The position numbers and the translations under genes were made by a program. The notes under the pieces were generated by a model. That model did not search any database and was not told the origin of the DNA. It saw nothing but the letters and a program-made list of their open reading frames with translations. From the IMG/VR virus record IMGVR_UViG_3300011438_000008, positions 1 to 44,740 of that record: 44,740 nt of DNA, one strand, 5' to 3'. Shown piece by piece: positions 19,693 through 29,328 of this stretch (the first letter of the stretch is position 1; every line of letters begins with the position of its first letter). The DNA comes from a virus (taxonomy: Duplodnaviria; Caudoviricetes).

Positions 19693-21872
19693 TATATTTT
19701 TATTAACTCAAGCGTACACTCATATTCACTTCCTTTGTATCCTCGTATCCTATTCAAATAGTACACATTCGTGCTTTCTTCTGTCAACACTTTTACAGGA
19801 CTCAAAAAATCTATCTGGTGGTAAACATGATAGGGTAAATTCGCTGTTGATATTAACTTGACAGGATCATTCAGCACCTGACCAAATAGTCTGAAATATT
19901 GTTGTATTAATGTCTGTTGGTAGTGTAGTGGATTACTTTCCCCCGAGAATGACAGCGAATAAATAAAGTCCCTGTTTACCTGTCGGCCTGTTTGAAGTAG
20001 GTTAGAAAATGCCATAGACAGAGTGCTTAAATCGGTGTTCTCTACCGTAAAGAAACTCTTACCGCTGAACTTCGAAACTGTGTATAGTGGCACATGATGC
20101 AGGATAAACACATCATCGCTTTCGTTATAATTAAATTGTAGCTTGGTTAGCTTAGCCGTGGCGGCTGTATCGAATGGAAGTCCTTTTAATTCTACATATC
20201 CGGCTGCCTGGTTCTCTACCATCCAATCACCATTATAAATAGGATTGGAACTTTCTGAAACTCTTACCAGATCGCTTAATTGAAATATGTCTTCTGGGAT
20301 CGCAAATCTCGCCTGTCCTGTTGAATCAGTAACGGCAGTAGCTTCGACCGATTCTTCCTCTGATACTGACAATAGGTTCAACCGTTCAATACTCATATCA
20401 AACGCAGGGTTAATATACCCTATCGGAAAGGCGAAATCACTTACTAACGCATCAGCCGAGTCTGGTAAAAAGTCGTTGTTAACTTCAATATCCCCCTTTG
20501 AATAGCTAAAGAACTTCTGAATCCTTTTTTTAATTTCTTCATCCTCTTTCTCTTTGAAACTTAGTAGACTTTTCTTCCCGTAGGCGCTTATGAATTCAGT
20601 ATAGTCCACCTCTGTCGATGAAATGTATTCAGATAAATCTATAGCCGGTTTGCTTTTGATCTTCTCAAATAAATTAACCGTCAGGGTCTGTGTAGATTCT
20701 TTGTAGGACGCCAAGCAGTTGAACAGTCTAAAGATGTTTGAAACGTATTCCTGCTGTGTCCAATCGGGAACAATGGCAGCCCCGAAGGCTTTATAAATAA
20801 ACTCAGGGGTAAATTTTACCGTTCCGCTTACAACGTCGTTCTGTGTCGACCCCGCGGAATGTTGCCACTCAGATTTAAAAAATATCGTATCGCCCTGATT
20901 GAAAACTATTGAACGGACAAAGGTGAACGTTTCAGAGTCTCCCGGAGTAGCCGAGTTGTATAATCCCCCTGCCGCCAGTCCTATATCAACAAAGGTATAT
21001 ACACCGTTTAAATACAGATATATCCGTTGGTTGTATGAAGCATTAACTATAGCTGGTGTTAATTCTACCTCAATCTTCAGCCTCATCTTATAAGGGACGG
21101 TATAAACTCCTGTCAGTGGGTTGTAAGGATTGTTTGCTCCGTCGAAATATGGATAGACTGAATCGTTATCGAATATGACGGTATACTGAACGTTTTCTCC
21201 CGGTCTGGCTTGTGTCGCTGTTTGCTGTGCAAACGTGGATGAAGCGTCTATTTCAGATTGATAGCGCCCATTTTTAATCGTTATCGCTGTTTGAAAATTA
21301 GCGTCTTCTAAAAGCTCCCCCTGAATCTTAATGCCGTGACTTGAGAATATCTTATTGAATACGTCTTTAACATGAATCCCAGCCACAAAGTCTTCAACCT
21401 TTAATTGCTGATAACCCCGGGTTAGTAGCGCACCATTGTCCACCACCGGGAATACGACCCCTCTGGTGTTAAATATTGCCGCTTGAATGGTAATTTCTGT
21501 TTGATTGGTGTCGTATTCAGACCAGTCCAAGTCTTGTAAAGATCCTGAAAGCATACCGAACCAATTATTATTGCCGGCAAAGAAAGAACAGTGGTAAACG
21601 TCTGTGATACGTTCTATTCGTATGAACCCGTCGAATGTTTCAGCGCCCGAGTCGCTTAATAGTTTAGCGGGGATCTTCTGATAAACAAGTTTTGAAATAT
21701 TGTCAGGCTGCGGGTTTTGTAGTATCCGGGTATTAGTAAGCGTCTTTCCAAGTTCAAAGGCATAGCTGAAATCCCCGTCTGTGGTGGAGATTTCTTCGAA
21801 GAGCTTTATTTGTTTTTCAACCTCTATAAGCTCGTCGAACTCTAAGAACTCATTTGAGACTTTTATCATCAT
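19692..21872 (-). CDS. Tail tip/hub protein
   Basis: 726 aa adjacent to TMP; FSYAF..T.TN N-terminus, YYLNRI C-terminus. Confidence 0.55.
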   Translation of the reverse strand: MMIKVSNEFLEFDELIEVEKQIKLFEEISTTDGDFSYAFELGKTLTNTRILQNPQPDNISKLVYQKIPAKLLSDSGAETFDGFIRIERITDVYHCSFFAGNNNWFGMLSGSLQDLDWSEYDTNQTEITIQAAIFNTRGVVFPVVDNGALLTRGYQQLKVEDFVAGIHVKDVFNKIFSSHGIKIQGELLEDANFQTAITIKNGRYQSEIDASSTFAQQTATQARPGENVQYTVIFDNDSVYPYFDGANNPYNPLTGVYTVPYKMRLKIEVELTPAIVNASYNQRIYLYLNGVYTFVDIGLAAGGLYNSATPGDSETFTFVRSIVFNQGDTIFFKSEWQHSAGSTQNDVVSGTVKFTPEFIYKAFGAAIVPDWTQQEYVSNIFRLFNCLASYKESTQTLTVNLFEKIKSKPAIDLSEYISSTEVDYTEFISAYGKKSLLSFKEKEDEEIKKRIQKFFSYSKGDIEVNNDFLPDSADALVSDFAFPIGYINPAFDMSIERLNLLSVSEEESVEATAVTDSTGQARFAIPEDIFQLSDLVRVSESSNPIYNGDWMVENQAAGYVELKGLPFDTAATAKLTKLQFNYNESDDVFILHHVPLYTVSKFSGKSFFTVENTDLSTLSMAFSNLLQTGRQVNRDFIYSLSFSGESNPLHYQQTLIQQYFRLFGQVLNDPVKLISTANLPYHVYHQIDFLSPVKVLTEESTNVYYLNRIRGYKGSEYECTLELIKI

Positions 21873-22288
21873 GCGTGTTGCGTTGGATAATCGTCGGTAT
21901 AGGTTATTGTAAAACTTAAATTATGAATCTTATTCGATCCCTTAACCACTACAATGCTGTCAGTGTCCACTATGACTGTGCGTCGGTCCCTGCGAGTTGA
22001 CAGTAGTTGAACTACAGGAGAACTTTTAATCTGCTCCCCTATCGTTAACGCCTGTTCCCTGGTGAACACTTGTGTACGGATTACCTTTTGTTTCTTGCTC
22101 TTCCTAAAAGTTTGTTTTGTGATCGTGTCCGCATTTGGTCCATAGCTTTTAGGCCATCCTGCAAAGACGTTCTTCCTAGTTTCACCCGTTTCAGTAACGG
22201 CTATTTGGTGGTCTGTATAAGCGATGAAAGGCCAGTATTCAAACCCGCCCAAATAGTTAAGCCACGTTATATATATTACTTCTCTCAT
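21869..22288 (-). CDS. Tail protein (WLNxLGG domain)
   Basis: ITWLNYLGGFEYWPF..IKSSPVV; start 22288 by ATGA overlap. Confidence 0.55.
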   Translation of the reverse strand: MREVIYITWLNYLGGFEYWPFIAYTDHQIAVTETGETRKNVFAGWPKSYGPNADTITKQTFRKSKKQKVIRTQVFTREQALTIGEQIKSSPVVQLLSTRRDRRTVIVDTDSIVVVKGSNKIHNLSFTITYTDDYPTQHA

Positions 22289-22509
22289 ACCCATCCAAAA
22301 GGAATAATTTTCTCTTCAAAATAATCATATGTATCAAGGCAGTCAACCCAACATTTATTAGGTATTTTCTTTTCATATTCGACAGCATATTTTATAGCCT
22401 CATAGTAATCTGAAAATTCACCTGAGCAATAAACGTAGTAGTTTTTGAAATTGACCTTACCGTCCATCCCGTGTAAATCTCTTGTGTACTCCCTTACTCT
22501 GTATGTCAT
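22285..22509 (-). CDS. Hypothetical protein inserted between tail genes
   Basis: AT-rich, ATGA-coupled. Confidence 0.55.
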   Translation of the reverse strand: MTYRVREYTRDLHGMDGKVNFKNYYVYCSGEFSDYYEAIKYAVEYEKKIPNKCWVDCLDTYDYFEEKIIPFGWV

Positions 22510-24356
22510 GGTGCACCTTCTAATAATCTTCTATCTCCATCTTCCAATAGTCTAAAGAACCCGGTTTCCAATAACCTGAAGAAGTCATCGTCCGGTGTTT
22601 CTCCTGATTCAATAGCAGCACACGCCGCCAGTATGTCTATACATATTTCCTCTGTGATCAGTAGCGCTTCAACCGCTGGTGTTACCGGGGTGGTTTCTGT
22701 TGCTGTGATTGAGTCTATGTCCACATCGTTTGTGTTAGACCCAAAGCCGTTCACAAACTCAAAGAAGTAAGCGTATTTCACTGCCCCAAAAGGTGCCACG
22801 AAGGTTATAGGATCGTTCTCTGTCCCTGTTCCTGCTGTTAACGTAGCGGTGTTCTGTACTAAGACGTTATTGCTTGCGTCAAGTATCTGAAATCTCAGAA
22901 AACAAGAACTATCGTTATTGTAATCTACATCGGGGGTAAACTCATAGGTGTTACCAACAACGAAAGGATAATCCTGTACCCATTTTTTACTTTGCACAGC
23001 CTCAAGGACTCCGGTAGCTGTCAGTGATACAGAAGGATTTGCGCCCAATGTCCACGACGTTCCGGTGCCTACGTTAATGCCCGTAGACAGACTGGGTAAG
23101 GTAATCGCAGACTCAACCCCCGGAACTTCTGCTGATTCAATAGTAGTGACGTAAATACAATACGAATCATATACAGAACTTACCTCTATTGGTATACGGT
23201 ACACTCCGATCCCGTTATCAGCATATAAAACGTCTTCCGTAGCTGTAAGGTAGTCAGAAACATATTTGTCTATGGTGACTTTAAACGCCCCGTCGATAGA
23301 TTTAATAAACGACACATCAAAATACAAGTCTTCAACCGCGAACAATCGTGAGAACGAGGTGAGCCACAGCGCCTGAGATCCAGAAGTAAACACGTAATCT
23401 GAATAAGATCCTGAATAGGTATTCTTAAACGGTAATTTTCCGGTGACAGCGTAGCCCTCGAATGTGTCGGCGGTGAACGTGCTTTCTTCTGTACTTAATG
23501 AATAGTTATCTGATACGTCGTAAGATTCCCCAGTGGCCACAAAGAACCCCGTAAAGGCGTCTAAGTTCAACGGAAACGATCCGATAATAGGATTATTCTT
23601 TACCGCTACCTTTCCTTTGATGTAGTCTGAAACTGAGAATGTTACTATGTTGTTTTCGTCAGGTGTTAGGCTTAATTCCGCTACTTCTACATAAGGTTTC
23701 TTATGCTGCCACGGATGCAGGGCGTTTAACCCACCGTATATTTTTACTTTAACCTGATAGTTATTGTAGTAATACTGTACGGTCGCCCCTCCGAATGAGT
23801 TGTTAACGTCATAGGGTAAACTTATAGTAACGTCGGATGTGGTGATAGCCTCAACTATCTGCCAAACTCCATTTAGCGCGTCATCTGAAGCCCCTTCTAT
23901 TTTAACGTACTCTAACGCATTAAAGGACGTTTTTAAAGCCCCCGAAAGGTTTAGGTTGGTATACCCGTTGTCGTCTGAGAAGGAGGAAACAGTCCGGGCG
24001 GTGTCTACGGAATTTGTCGGCCAAAGGTCGTTAGAGGCTTTGTAAACGATAGGAAGGAAGATAGAAGACCAGACATGGTCATTCGTCTGGTAGTAGTTAA
24101 TATCAAGATCCTGTTCATATTCAACGAAGTCAGCGCCGTCATATTCTGAGATTTTAAAGTTGTTGGCGTCTATTGCGGTGACATACCAAAAGCCATTATA
24201 TTCTTCGATGTCTGAGTCGATGTAGATGAAATCCCCTGTTCCAAGTCCGTGATAAGGAAAGGTTATTAAAGCGTCCCCCGCACTGTTGGTAACTTCGGCG
24301 GCTACGGCCTGGGCTATGATCTTGTGACCTTGAGGGTTTTTAACTACGGTCACCAT
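22506..24356 (-). CDS. Tail/baseplate protein with C-terminal 3x RLLE repeats
   Basis: HGLGTGD..NGFWYVT beta-barrel modules; FFRLLETGFFRLLEDGDRRLLE. Confidence 0.6.
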   Translation of the reverse strand: MVTVVKNPQGHKIIAQAVAAEVTNSAGDALITFPYHGLGTGDFIYIDSDIEEYNGFWYVTAIDANNFKISEYDGADFVEYEQDLDINYYQTNDHVWSSIFLPIVYKASNDLWPTNSVDTARTVSSFSDDNGYTNLNLSGALKTSFNALEYVKIEGASDDALNGVWQIVEAITTSDVTISLPYDVNNSFGGATVQYYYNNYQVKVKIYGGLNALHPWQHKKPYVEVAELSLTPDENNIVTFSVSDYIKGKVAVKNNPIIGSFPLNLDAFTGFFVATGESYDVSDNYSLSTEESTFTADTFEGYAVTGKLPFKNTYSGSYSDYVFTSGSQALWLTSFSRLFAVEDLYFDVSFIKSIDGAFKVTIDKYVSDYLTATEDVLYADNGIGVYRIPIEVSSVYDSYCIYVTTIESAEVPGVESAITLPSLSTGINVGTGTSWTLGANPSVSLTATGVLEAVQSKKWVQDYPFVVGNTYEFTPDVDYNNDSSCFLRFQILDASNNVLVQNTATLTAGTGTENDPITFVAPFGAVKYAYFFEFVNGFGSNTNDVDIDSITATETTPVTPAVEALLITEEICIDILAACAAIESGETPDDDFFRLLETGFFRLLEDGDRRLLEGAP

Positions 24357-24808
24357 TTCATTTCGCGTATTTTAAGTATCAAATTATCGGAAGCCTGTTT
24401 AAGCAAATCCTGGGCTGTGTTGTTTATAAAATCGTCGATCGCTGGTTCTACAATGTCCGTCCGTCCCCCTTGCTGCCACAGTTTAGTCCCTTTCTTGTTT
24501 ATGTTCACCGCAATGGCCCACACCGCTTTTTCATCCAGTCCTCTTCCAGCTACCCATTCTGCGATGTTGGCAATCATATCGCGTGAAGGTTTTTTTTCCA
24601 GTGTAGGCTTTCTCCCGGTTCTCACAGTGTTAAAGTAGGGTCTTCCAAACAACGTCATTTTAACCTTAGTGCCCTCCTGTTTTGTTTCTATCCGCAGGCT
24701 ATTGGCTGTTTTCAGAGTAACGTTAAGCCCAGCTTGGCCCATGTTCGCCCGTATGTCGTTGGCTAGTCCTATACCGTTGTTATTGACAATATCAATTATC
24801 TGCGGCAT
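24350..24808 (-). CDS. Tail completion / neck protein
   Basis: TANSLR, GRKP..PS, AIAVNINKKGT; probable start MPQ at 24808. Confidence 0.55.
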   Translation of the reverse strand: MPQIIDIVNNNGIGLANDIRANMGQAGLNVTLKTANSLRIETKQEGTKVKMTLFGRPYFNTVRTGRKPTLEKKPSRDMIANIAEWVAGRGLDEKAVWAIAVNINKKGTKLWQQGGRTDIVEPAIDDFINNTAQDLLKQASDNLILKIREMKW

Positions 24809-25289
24809 CCAGGTAGACGTTTTGAGGTGTGCAATAGTTAAAATCATCGGGGACAGTCATAGCAAAGGTTAGCAACCACCCTGTATGAATACCCGCGTCA
24901 TCTTTGTAAAACGGCTGCTGCAAAACGCCCCTGATGGTGACGTCCCCGACAATATCCTGTGAGGCTACCTTAGCCCATTCGTTTAGCCTAAGGATGAACC
25001 TGTCCACCATTGCGTCCTGCTGGTCTAAGATGTCATTGCTTGGCCCCTCTGTGGCGTCAAATGCGTCCTTGTCAAAGAATAATAAAGCGATGTTCCACGT
25101 TTTCTCGTACATCTCAACATCGTTAACTGCGAATCGTGGGTTAGCGGTGATTGGAAGTAACCATATCCACGGATAGGAAACATCCTTTTTCATATTGAAT
25201 TCTGAGTGTCGTCCTGATGAGAATTGTATTTTATCAGCCAGTGATTTGGCTACATCTTGGAGTAGAAGACGTACCGATTGATGAGACAC
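24792..25289 (-). CDS. Putative tail terminator
   Basis: YPWIWL, QQPFY..DAGIHTGW pattern; position in tail module. Confidence 0.55.
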   Translation of the reverse strand: MSHQSVRLLLQDVAKSLADKIQFSSGRHSEFNMKKDVSYPWIWLLPITANPRFAVNDVEMYEKTWNIALLFFDKDAFDATEGPSNDILDQQDAMVDRFILRLNEWAKVASQDIVGDVTIRGVLQQPFYKDDAGIHTGWLLTFAMTVPDDFNYCTPQNVYLDAADN

Positions 25290-25293
25290 GAAC

Positions 25294-25301
25294 CAAATAT
25301 A
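25294..25301 (-). promoter_or_regulatory. Bacteroidota -7 promoter element TATATTTG
   Basis: Perfect TAnnTTTG 4 nt before the GTG at 25289, just downstream of a terminator. Confidence 0.6.
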
Positions 25302-25315
25302 GAAAAAAATACAAT

Positions 25316-25348
25316 AAAAAAGGGTTACCCCGTCTGGATAGCCCTTTT
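25316..25348 (-). terminator. Intrinsic terminator
   Basis: AAAAGGGCTATCC..GGGTAACCCTTTTTT on minus strand. Confidence 0.7.
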
Positions 25349-25378
25349 ACAATTAACGAATGCTTAGGGTAAATGTAA

Positions 25379-25657
25379 TTATTTCTTCATTGCTATCAAT
25401 CGCTGATATTCTTTTAGTGCGTGACTTTCAAACGATCTGTACCTCACCAGGTGGTAGAACTCTTTTGCGCTCCACTCCTGACACACCCTTTCCATTTCAC
25501 TGGGCACCCCTTGTGTTATGTTCGTGAGTGTAGCAAAAAATCCAAAGTCTTCTGATAACCTGGTAAGCCCTGAATTAACCTCTTCAACCGATGGATCAGG
25601 ATCAGGAAGAGATTCATTGAAGGCGGTGATATATTCAATGGCCTGAATAAAAAAAAA
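25379..25657 (-). CDS. Tail assembly chaperone -1 frameshift extension (gpGT-like)
   Basis: T9 run at 25649-25657; -1 frame open 89 codons (IQAIEY..DFGFFATL..FYHLVRY..KK*) to stop at 25379. Confidence 0.7.
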   Translation of the reverse strand, partial: FFFIQAIEYITAFNESLPDPDPSVEEVNSGLTRLSEDFGFFATLTNITQGVPSEMERVCQEWSAKEFYHLVRYRSFESHALKEYQRLIAMKK

Positions 25658-26157
25658 GCACCCGTTCCGATAACCTCAGCACATGACGCGGTTTTTAGAG
25701 ACTCTTTTACCTTTGCAACCTTCGAGTTGTCGTACTTTCCGTCCTGTAGTTTTTGCATATAAATAGCACAAGCCTCAAGGCATAGGTCAGAGTATAATTC
25801 CCAGTCCTGATATTCGTATTCAGCCATCTGTTTCTTGGGGAGTTTGTTTAACAACCCCCGTAAGTCTTCGAACTGGCCTAGTGATTCGATTGTACAGTCT
25901 GCAGGGAGAACTATTCCGTTAACCACGTCCGTACGCTTGAACTGTGGGCTTATGGACATGAAAATCAACGCTATGTTAATCTTTTCCAGCCCCCTTAACT
26001 CTGAGTTCTGCAGCAGTTGTAGGTCTATTCCTGAGAATAAGGAAATGGTTTCCGCTAACGTCCGGGGGTAGATGTGGAATATGTACTGATTGTAGGTAAC
26101 ATCTTGCCACGAAGTGGGGCAACTCCAGGATTTACCTAATGTTTTGAATGTTATCAT
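25516..26157 (-). CDS. Tail assembly chaperone (gpG-like)
   Basis: CPTSWQDVT, LGQFEDL, GAFFL slippery site. Confidence 0.7.
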   Translation of the reverse strand: MITFKTLGKSWSCPTSWQDVTYNQYIFHIYPRTLAETISLFSGIDLQLLQNSELRGLEKINIALIFMSISPQFKRTDVVNGIVLPADCTIESLGQFEDLRGLLNKLPKKQMAEYEYQDWELYSDLCLEACAIYMQKLQDGKYDNSKVAKVKESLKTASCAEVIGTGAFFLFRPLNISPPSMNLFLILIHRLKRLIQGLPGYQKTLDFLLHSRT

Positions 26158-26369
26158 CTATTCTCGTTATAACAGTTTTCAAGTAGGTGTTTTTCGGATA
26201 GATAGTACTGGTAATATTGCTCCTTTTCCTTAGCGTCTGTGGCTTGTTCCATCTTGTTCAAAAGGCTTTTGCATTGAATCTCCATCTCGTAGCAAGGGCC
26301 AATTTCTTCGCTACAACTGGCAAAGATTAATGTTATAACAAGTGTTGTTTTACCGAGAAAACGCTTCAT
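26154..26369 (-). CDS. Small lipoprotein
   Basis: Lipobox FASC followed by SEE. Confidence 0.65.
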   Translation of the reverse strand: MKRFLGKTTLVITLIFASCSEEIGPCYEMEIQCKSLLNKMEQATDAKEKEQYYQYYLSEKHLLENCYNENR

Positions 26370-26381
26370 TTTAGATGTTTT

Positions 26382-27719
26382 TTACTTGTGAAATGACATG
26401 TTTAGTCCTGTCGATTTCTTTATCCCAACCTCCCACCATGCACGCATTATGTATGTATCCAAGTCGTCAGGGGATCGCCCTATCAAATCCTTTATTATTT
26501 CCTTTGGCATGATAGCTTGTTTCCTGTCAGACCCTTCCGTTTTTCTTTTAAGTTGCTCCAATTCCTCAATTAAAGCCTCCTTTTTAGCGGTGTCTTGACA
26601 ATTCTCATAGATCATGTTGTCGTTTATTAACTCAGACAACCGGTAGCCGCACTGGCTTTTAAGCATATCAAAGTTAGCCCCGTGTAATGGCCTGGATAAG
26701 GCTACAAACCCCTTACACCTGAGTATGTCTACCACGCCACCGCCTATGCCGTCCTCATCTACCATGACCTGAGACATCGGAACTGAGTACCTTGAGGCTG
26801 TGGACCGGATTAAAGCCGCTGATTCGGTGATTCTAAGCCCTGACCTCTCAAGCCTTTCCAGTACCCGAAGGCCATCCCATACCCTGATAATGGTTTTATC
26901 TGCACCAAAACGGGCTATGTCTGCCGTGATATACTTTTTACCTCCCTGCACGTACTCATTGGTGAAAATATTAAGTATCGCCTCATAGCTTGTAAGTGAC
27001 AAAGGATCATCTTCATATTCGAAATTGCCGTATTTAAGCCTTTCTTTAAGTACTTTATCCTTTATATCGTCAAGTGATTCCAAATATCCCTTATCAATCT
27101 TGTTATTCTCATGGGCTAGTGACTGAATGAACGCATAGCCTTGTTCTAATCTGTTTTCTTTCCATGGCTTGTAAAATGTGTGGTATGTCCAGTTCTTTTT
27201 TGGGTTGCCGGTGACTAAAACCTTCTTAGGTATCTTGTATAGCTCATTTAAATGTCGTCCCACGCGAGATTTAAGCGTATCAAAGGCGTTAAAATGCACC
27301 TGTCCAGCCTCTTCGATCAATCCTCCTGTATACTCAGTAGATCCAAACCTTTCGAACAGTGGATCTCCTGGTAAAAACTGAAGATTGAGTAATGCAATCT
27401 CTGATCCATTGTGGAACCTGATAGCCGAATAGTGTTCATAGTATCTAAATTGCTCAGAAATCCCATGATAATTAGCCATTTTAAAGAACGTCTTCACGGT
27501 AGAGTCTTTGAGCGATGAAAGTTGCTCCCGGCCCATAAAATACCGGACTCCGGGGAAATTTAGGCATATTGCAGCTTGCCACTCACACCCAACCCATGAT
27601 TTTCCCCCACCGGCGGCACCGCCAAAGTAAATATATTTGGTTACCTCATCGTAAAGTAATTCAAGGCAAAGAAACTGTTTGTAGTTTGGCTCATGCCTGA
27701 ACTTCTTTGTCTGGATCAT
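26382..27719 (-). CDS. terL: Terminase large subunit
   Basis: Walker A GGAAGGGKS, Walker B LIEEA, TGNP; nuclease ADIARFGAD, DEDGIG, SPDDLD. Confidence 0.95.
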   Translation of the reverse strand: MIQTKKFRHEPNYKQFLCLELLYDEVTKYIYFGGAAGGGKSWVGCEWQAAICLNFPGVRYFMGREQLSSLKDSTVKTFFKMANYHGISEQFRYYEHYSAIRFHNGSEIALLNLQFLPGDPLFERFGSTEYTGGLIEEAGQVHFNAFDTLKSRVGRHLNELYKIPKKVLVTGNPKKNWTYHTFYKPWKENRLEQGYAFIQSLAHENNKIDKGYLESLDDIKDKVLKERLKYGNFEYEDDPLSLTSYEAILNIFTNEYVQGGKKYITADIARFGADKTIIRVWDGLRVLERLERSGLRITESAALIRSTASRYSVPMSQVMVDEDGIGGGVVDILRCKGFVALSRPLHGANFDMLKSQCGYRLSELINDNMIYENCQDTAKKEALIEELEQLKRKTEGSDRKQAIMPKEIIKDLIGRSPDDLDTYIMRAWWEVGIKKSTGLNMSFHK

Positions 27720-28125
27720 CTGGTTTTACTATCTGAATCCCTCCAAAATTTATCTTCTCCCCACCCGTAGTAATATCGGTTTCTCTCTTGTCTGCCCATC
27801 CCATGTTCTTCAGGGCGAAAATGGCCCCGGCAACATTACCAATAGCAAGCATTTCCTCGTATTCATTTTCAATTAAAAGCCTTGCTTTTTTTATAGTGTA
27901 AGAGAATTCAGGACGTTTTTCATAGTCGTAAAATGATTGACGTGATTCGAATCCTAGATAAAGTGCTAGCCCTGTGATAGTTGGAACTGGTATTTCTTCA
28001 GTGTACCGTTTGTTTGGTGGGCCTAAGACAACTTTTTTAATCTTTACCCCTTCTTCGAAATACTTTTGTATCTCATCTTCAAGCTGATCCGCTGATTCAA
28101 AGTAGGCTGGCTGTCCTGCTGGCAT
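27691..28125 (-). CDS. terS: Terminase small subunit
   Basis: PTITGLALYLGFESRQSFYDY, GAIFALKN.GW; upstream of TerL. Confidence 0.85.
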   Translation of the reverse strand: MPAGQPAYFESADQLEDEIQKYFEEGVKIKKVVLGPPNKRYTEEIPVPTITGLALYLGFESRQSFYDYEKRPEFSYTIKKARLLIENEYEEMLAIGNVAGAIFALKNMGWADKRETDITTGGEKINFGGIQIVKPDDPDKEVQA

Positions 28126-28133
28126 ATTGAAAT

Positions 28134-28355
28134 TTACGCTTTTTCTATGTCTTCTACTATTTCGACGCTTGTTCCCAACACTTCCTGCGCATGTTTAGCG
28201 ATAGTTTTTAGCTTCCCTATTCGCGTTCTTAGTCCTACCATTCTTTTGTGTATGGTCTTCTTTGTTTCGGCTAATTCTTCGTGCTCTTTTTGAAGGTCTT
28301 CAATCTGCTTTGATATGTCCATAAGTACTTGGTTATAAGCGAGTTGTAGGTTCAT
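28134..28355 (-). CDS. Coiled-coil hypothetical protein
   Basis: Heptad pattern. Confidence 0.6.
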   Translation of the reverse strand: MNLQLAYNQVLMDISKQIEDLQKEHEELAETKKTIHKRMVGLRTRIGKLKTIAKHAQEVLGTSVEIVEDIEKA

Positions 28356-28361
28356 TGCCTT

Positions 28362-28529
28362 TCATAGGTATTTTTCTTCAAGTGTATTGATAATTTCACC
28401 GTTGAGGGATCTGTTGTTATCTTCCGCCTTATCCTTAATTACATCCAAAAGACTCTCCTTCATCCTGATAGGATAGGGCAATTTCTTGTCTAGTGACTTC
28501 GGGCGTCCCGGCCTTTTCTTCTTCGCCAT
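28362..28529 (-). CDS. Arc-like ribbon-helix-helix regulator
   Basis: YPIRM..L..IKDKAEDNNRSLNGEI; likely start MAKKK at 28529; divergent from early operon. Confidence 0.8.
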   Translation of the reverse strand: MAKKKRPGRPKSLDKKLPYPIRMKESLLDVIKDKAEDNNRSLNGEIINTLEEKYL

Positions 28530-28734
28530 ACCCAAAGGAAACACTTTAAATTGAGGTATGCAAAATATATTCAAAAAATAATTTACCTATTTCTTGCATA
28601 CATAAATTATAATGCTTTACTTTGAAACATCAAAAGGGAAAAGAGCCCCGGGCTATCAACAGACTAAGCAGGCGCGACTTTCTGGATGCCTGGCTCTTAA
28701 CCTTTAAACCTAAACAACTAAAACTCGCAAGGTT

Positions 28735-28986
28735 ATGAAAACAGCTGGTGAAATTTTATTAGGAACCGTTCCAAATGAATGCGTTTGGACTGAAATGGAT
28801 AACCTGACAAATATTCCTATTCGGTATATCCTCGATGCTATGGAGAAATATAAAGATCAAGGGGTTGATGAAATCAAAGGCAAGCTAGAAAGAATAGATA
28901 CACTGCTTCAAAAAGCACAATTAACAGCAGCAGAAAGGGCTAAGAGTCAATACTTGGCCGAGGCTATAAGGCTAATTCATAACTAA
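28735..28986 (+). CDS. Hypothetical early protein
   Basis: First ORF of rightward arm. Confidence 0.65.
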   Translation: MKTAGEILLGTVPNECVWTEMDNLTNIPIRYILDAMEKYKDQGVDEIKGKLERIDTLLQKAQLTAAERAKSQYLAEAIRLIHN

Positions 28987-29035
28987 AACCATGCGAGGTC
29001 TGGGGCGATAGCATCAAACCAGTTCGCTAAACAAT

Positions 29036-29203
29036 ATGAAACTGACACCTAAACAACTGCATTACCTTATCAACGTCCACGGGCTCAGAACACCACGCTC
29101 GAAAGAATTGAAGGCGATGGATCAGGAAAACTTCAGGCGTGGCTATAAGAAGTCAGGAACGACACTGAAGAGTATTTTTGAAGTAGTAAAGGAAACAATT
29201 TAA
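29036..29203 (+). CDS. Hypothetical 55-aa protein
   Basis: Hand translation MKLTPKQLHYLINVHG..KETI*; A-rich start context. Confidence 0.55.
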   Translation: MKLTPKQLHYLINVHGLRTPRSKELKAMDQENFRRGYKKSGTTLKSIFEVVKETI

Positions 29204-29214
29204 AACCCACAAAT

Positions 29215-29328
29215 ATGAAATACACAAATCACAACACATCCAAAAACCTGAGCGAAAGACTAAGTCCTTTCGCCGCAATCGTCCTTTTAATCACTATTAT
29301 CTTAACCTTAGCCTATTTCGGAGTATGA
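29215..29328 (+). CDS. 37-aa single-TM peptide
   Basis: MKYTNHN..FAAIVLLITIILTLAYFGV*; ATGA-coupled to next gene. Confidence 0.55.
   Translation: MKYTNHNTSKNLSERLSPFAAIVLLITIILTLAYFGV
29283..29328 (+). repeat. 46-bp exact direct repeat, copy 1
   Basis: Identical to 30407-30452. Confidence 0.95.

Noticed and set aside
316-27381. Plus-strand ORFs in the structural arm (and minus-strand ORFs in the early arm, e.g. 36190-36438)
   Set aside because: Antisense shadows of well-supported genes or of structured sequence, with no motifs.
28460-28490. Gapped guide match to the Arc-like gene (YPIR codons)
   Set aside because: Only three dinucleotides match; the Arg codon is AGG, not CGN.
28641-28698. 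Riboswitch or tRNA in the early leader (AAGAGCC/GGCTCTT stem)
   Set aside because: A stem is present but I recognise no cloverleaf or known aptamer consensus.
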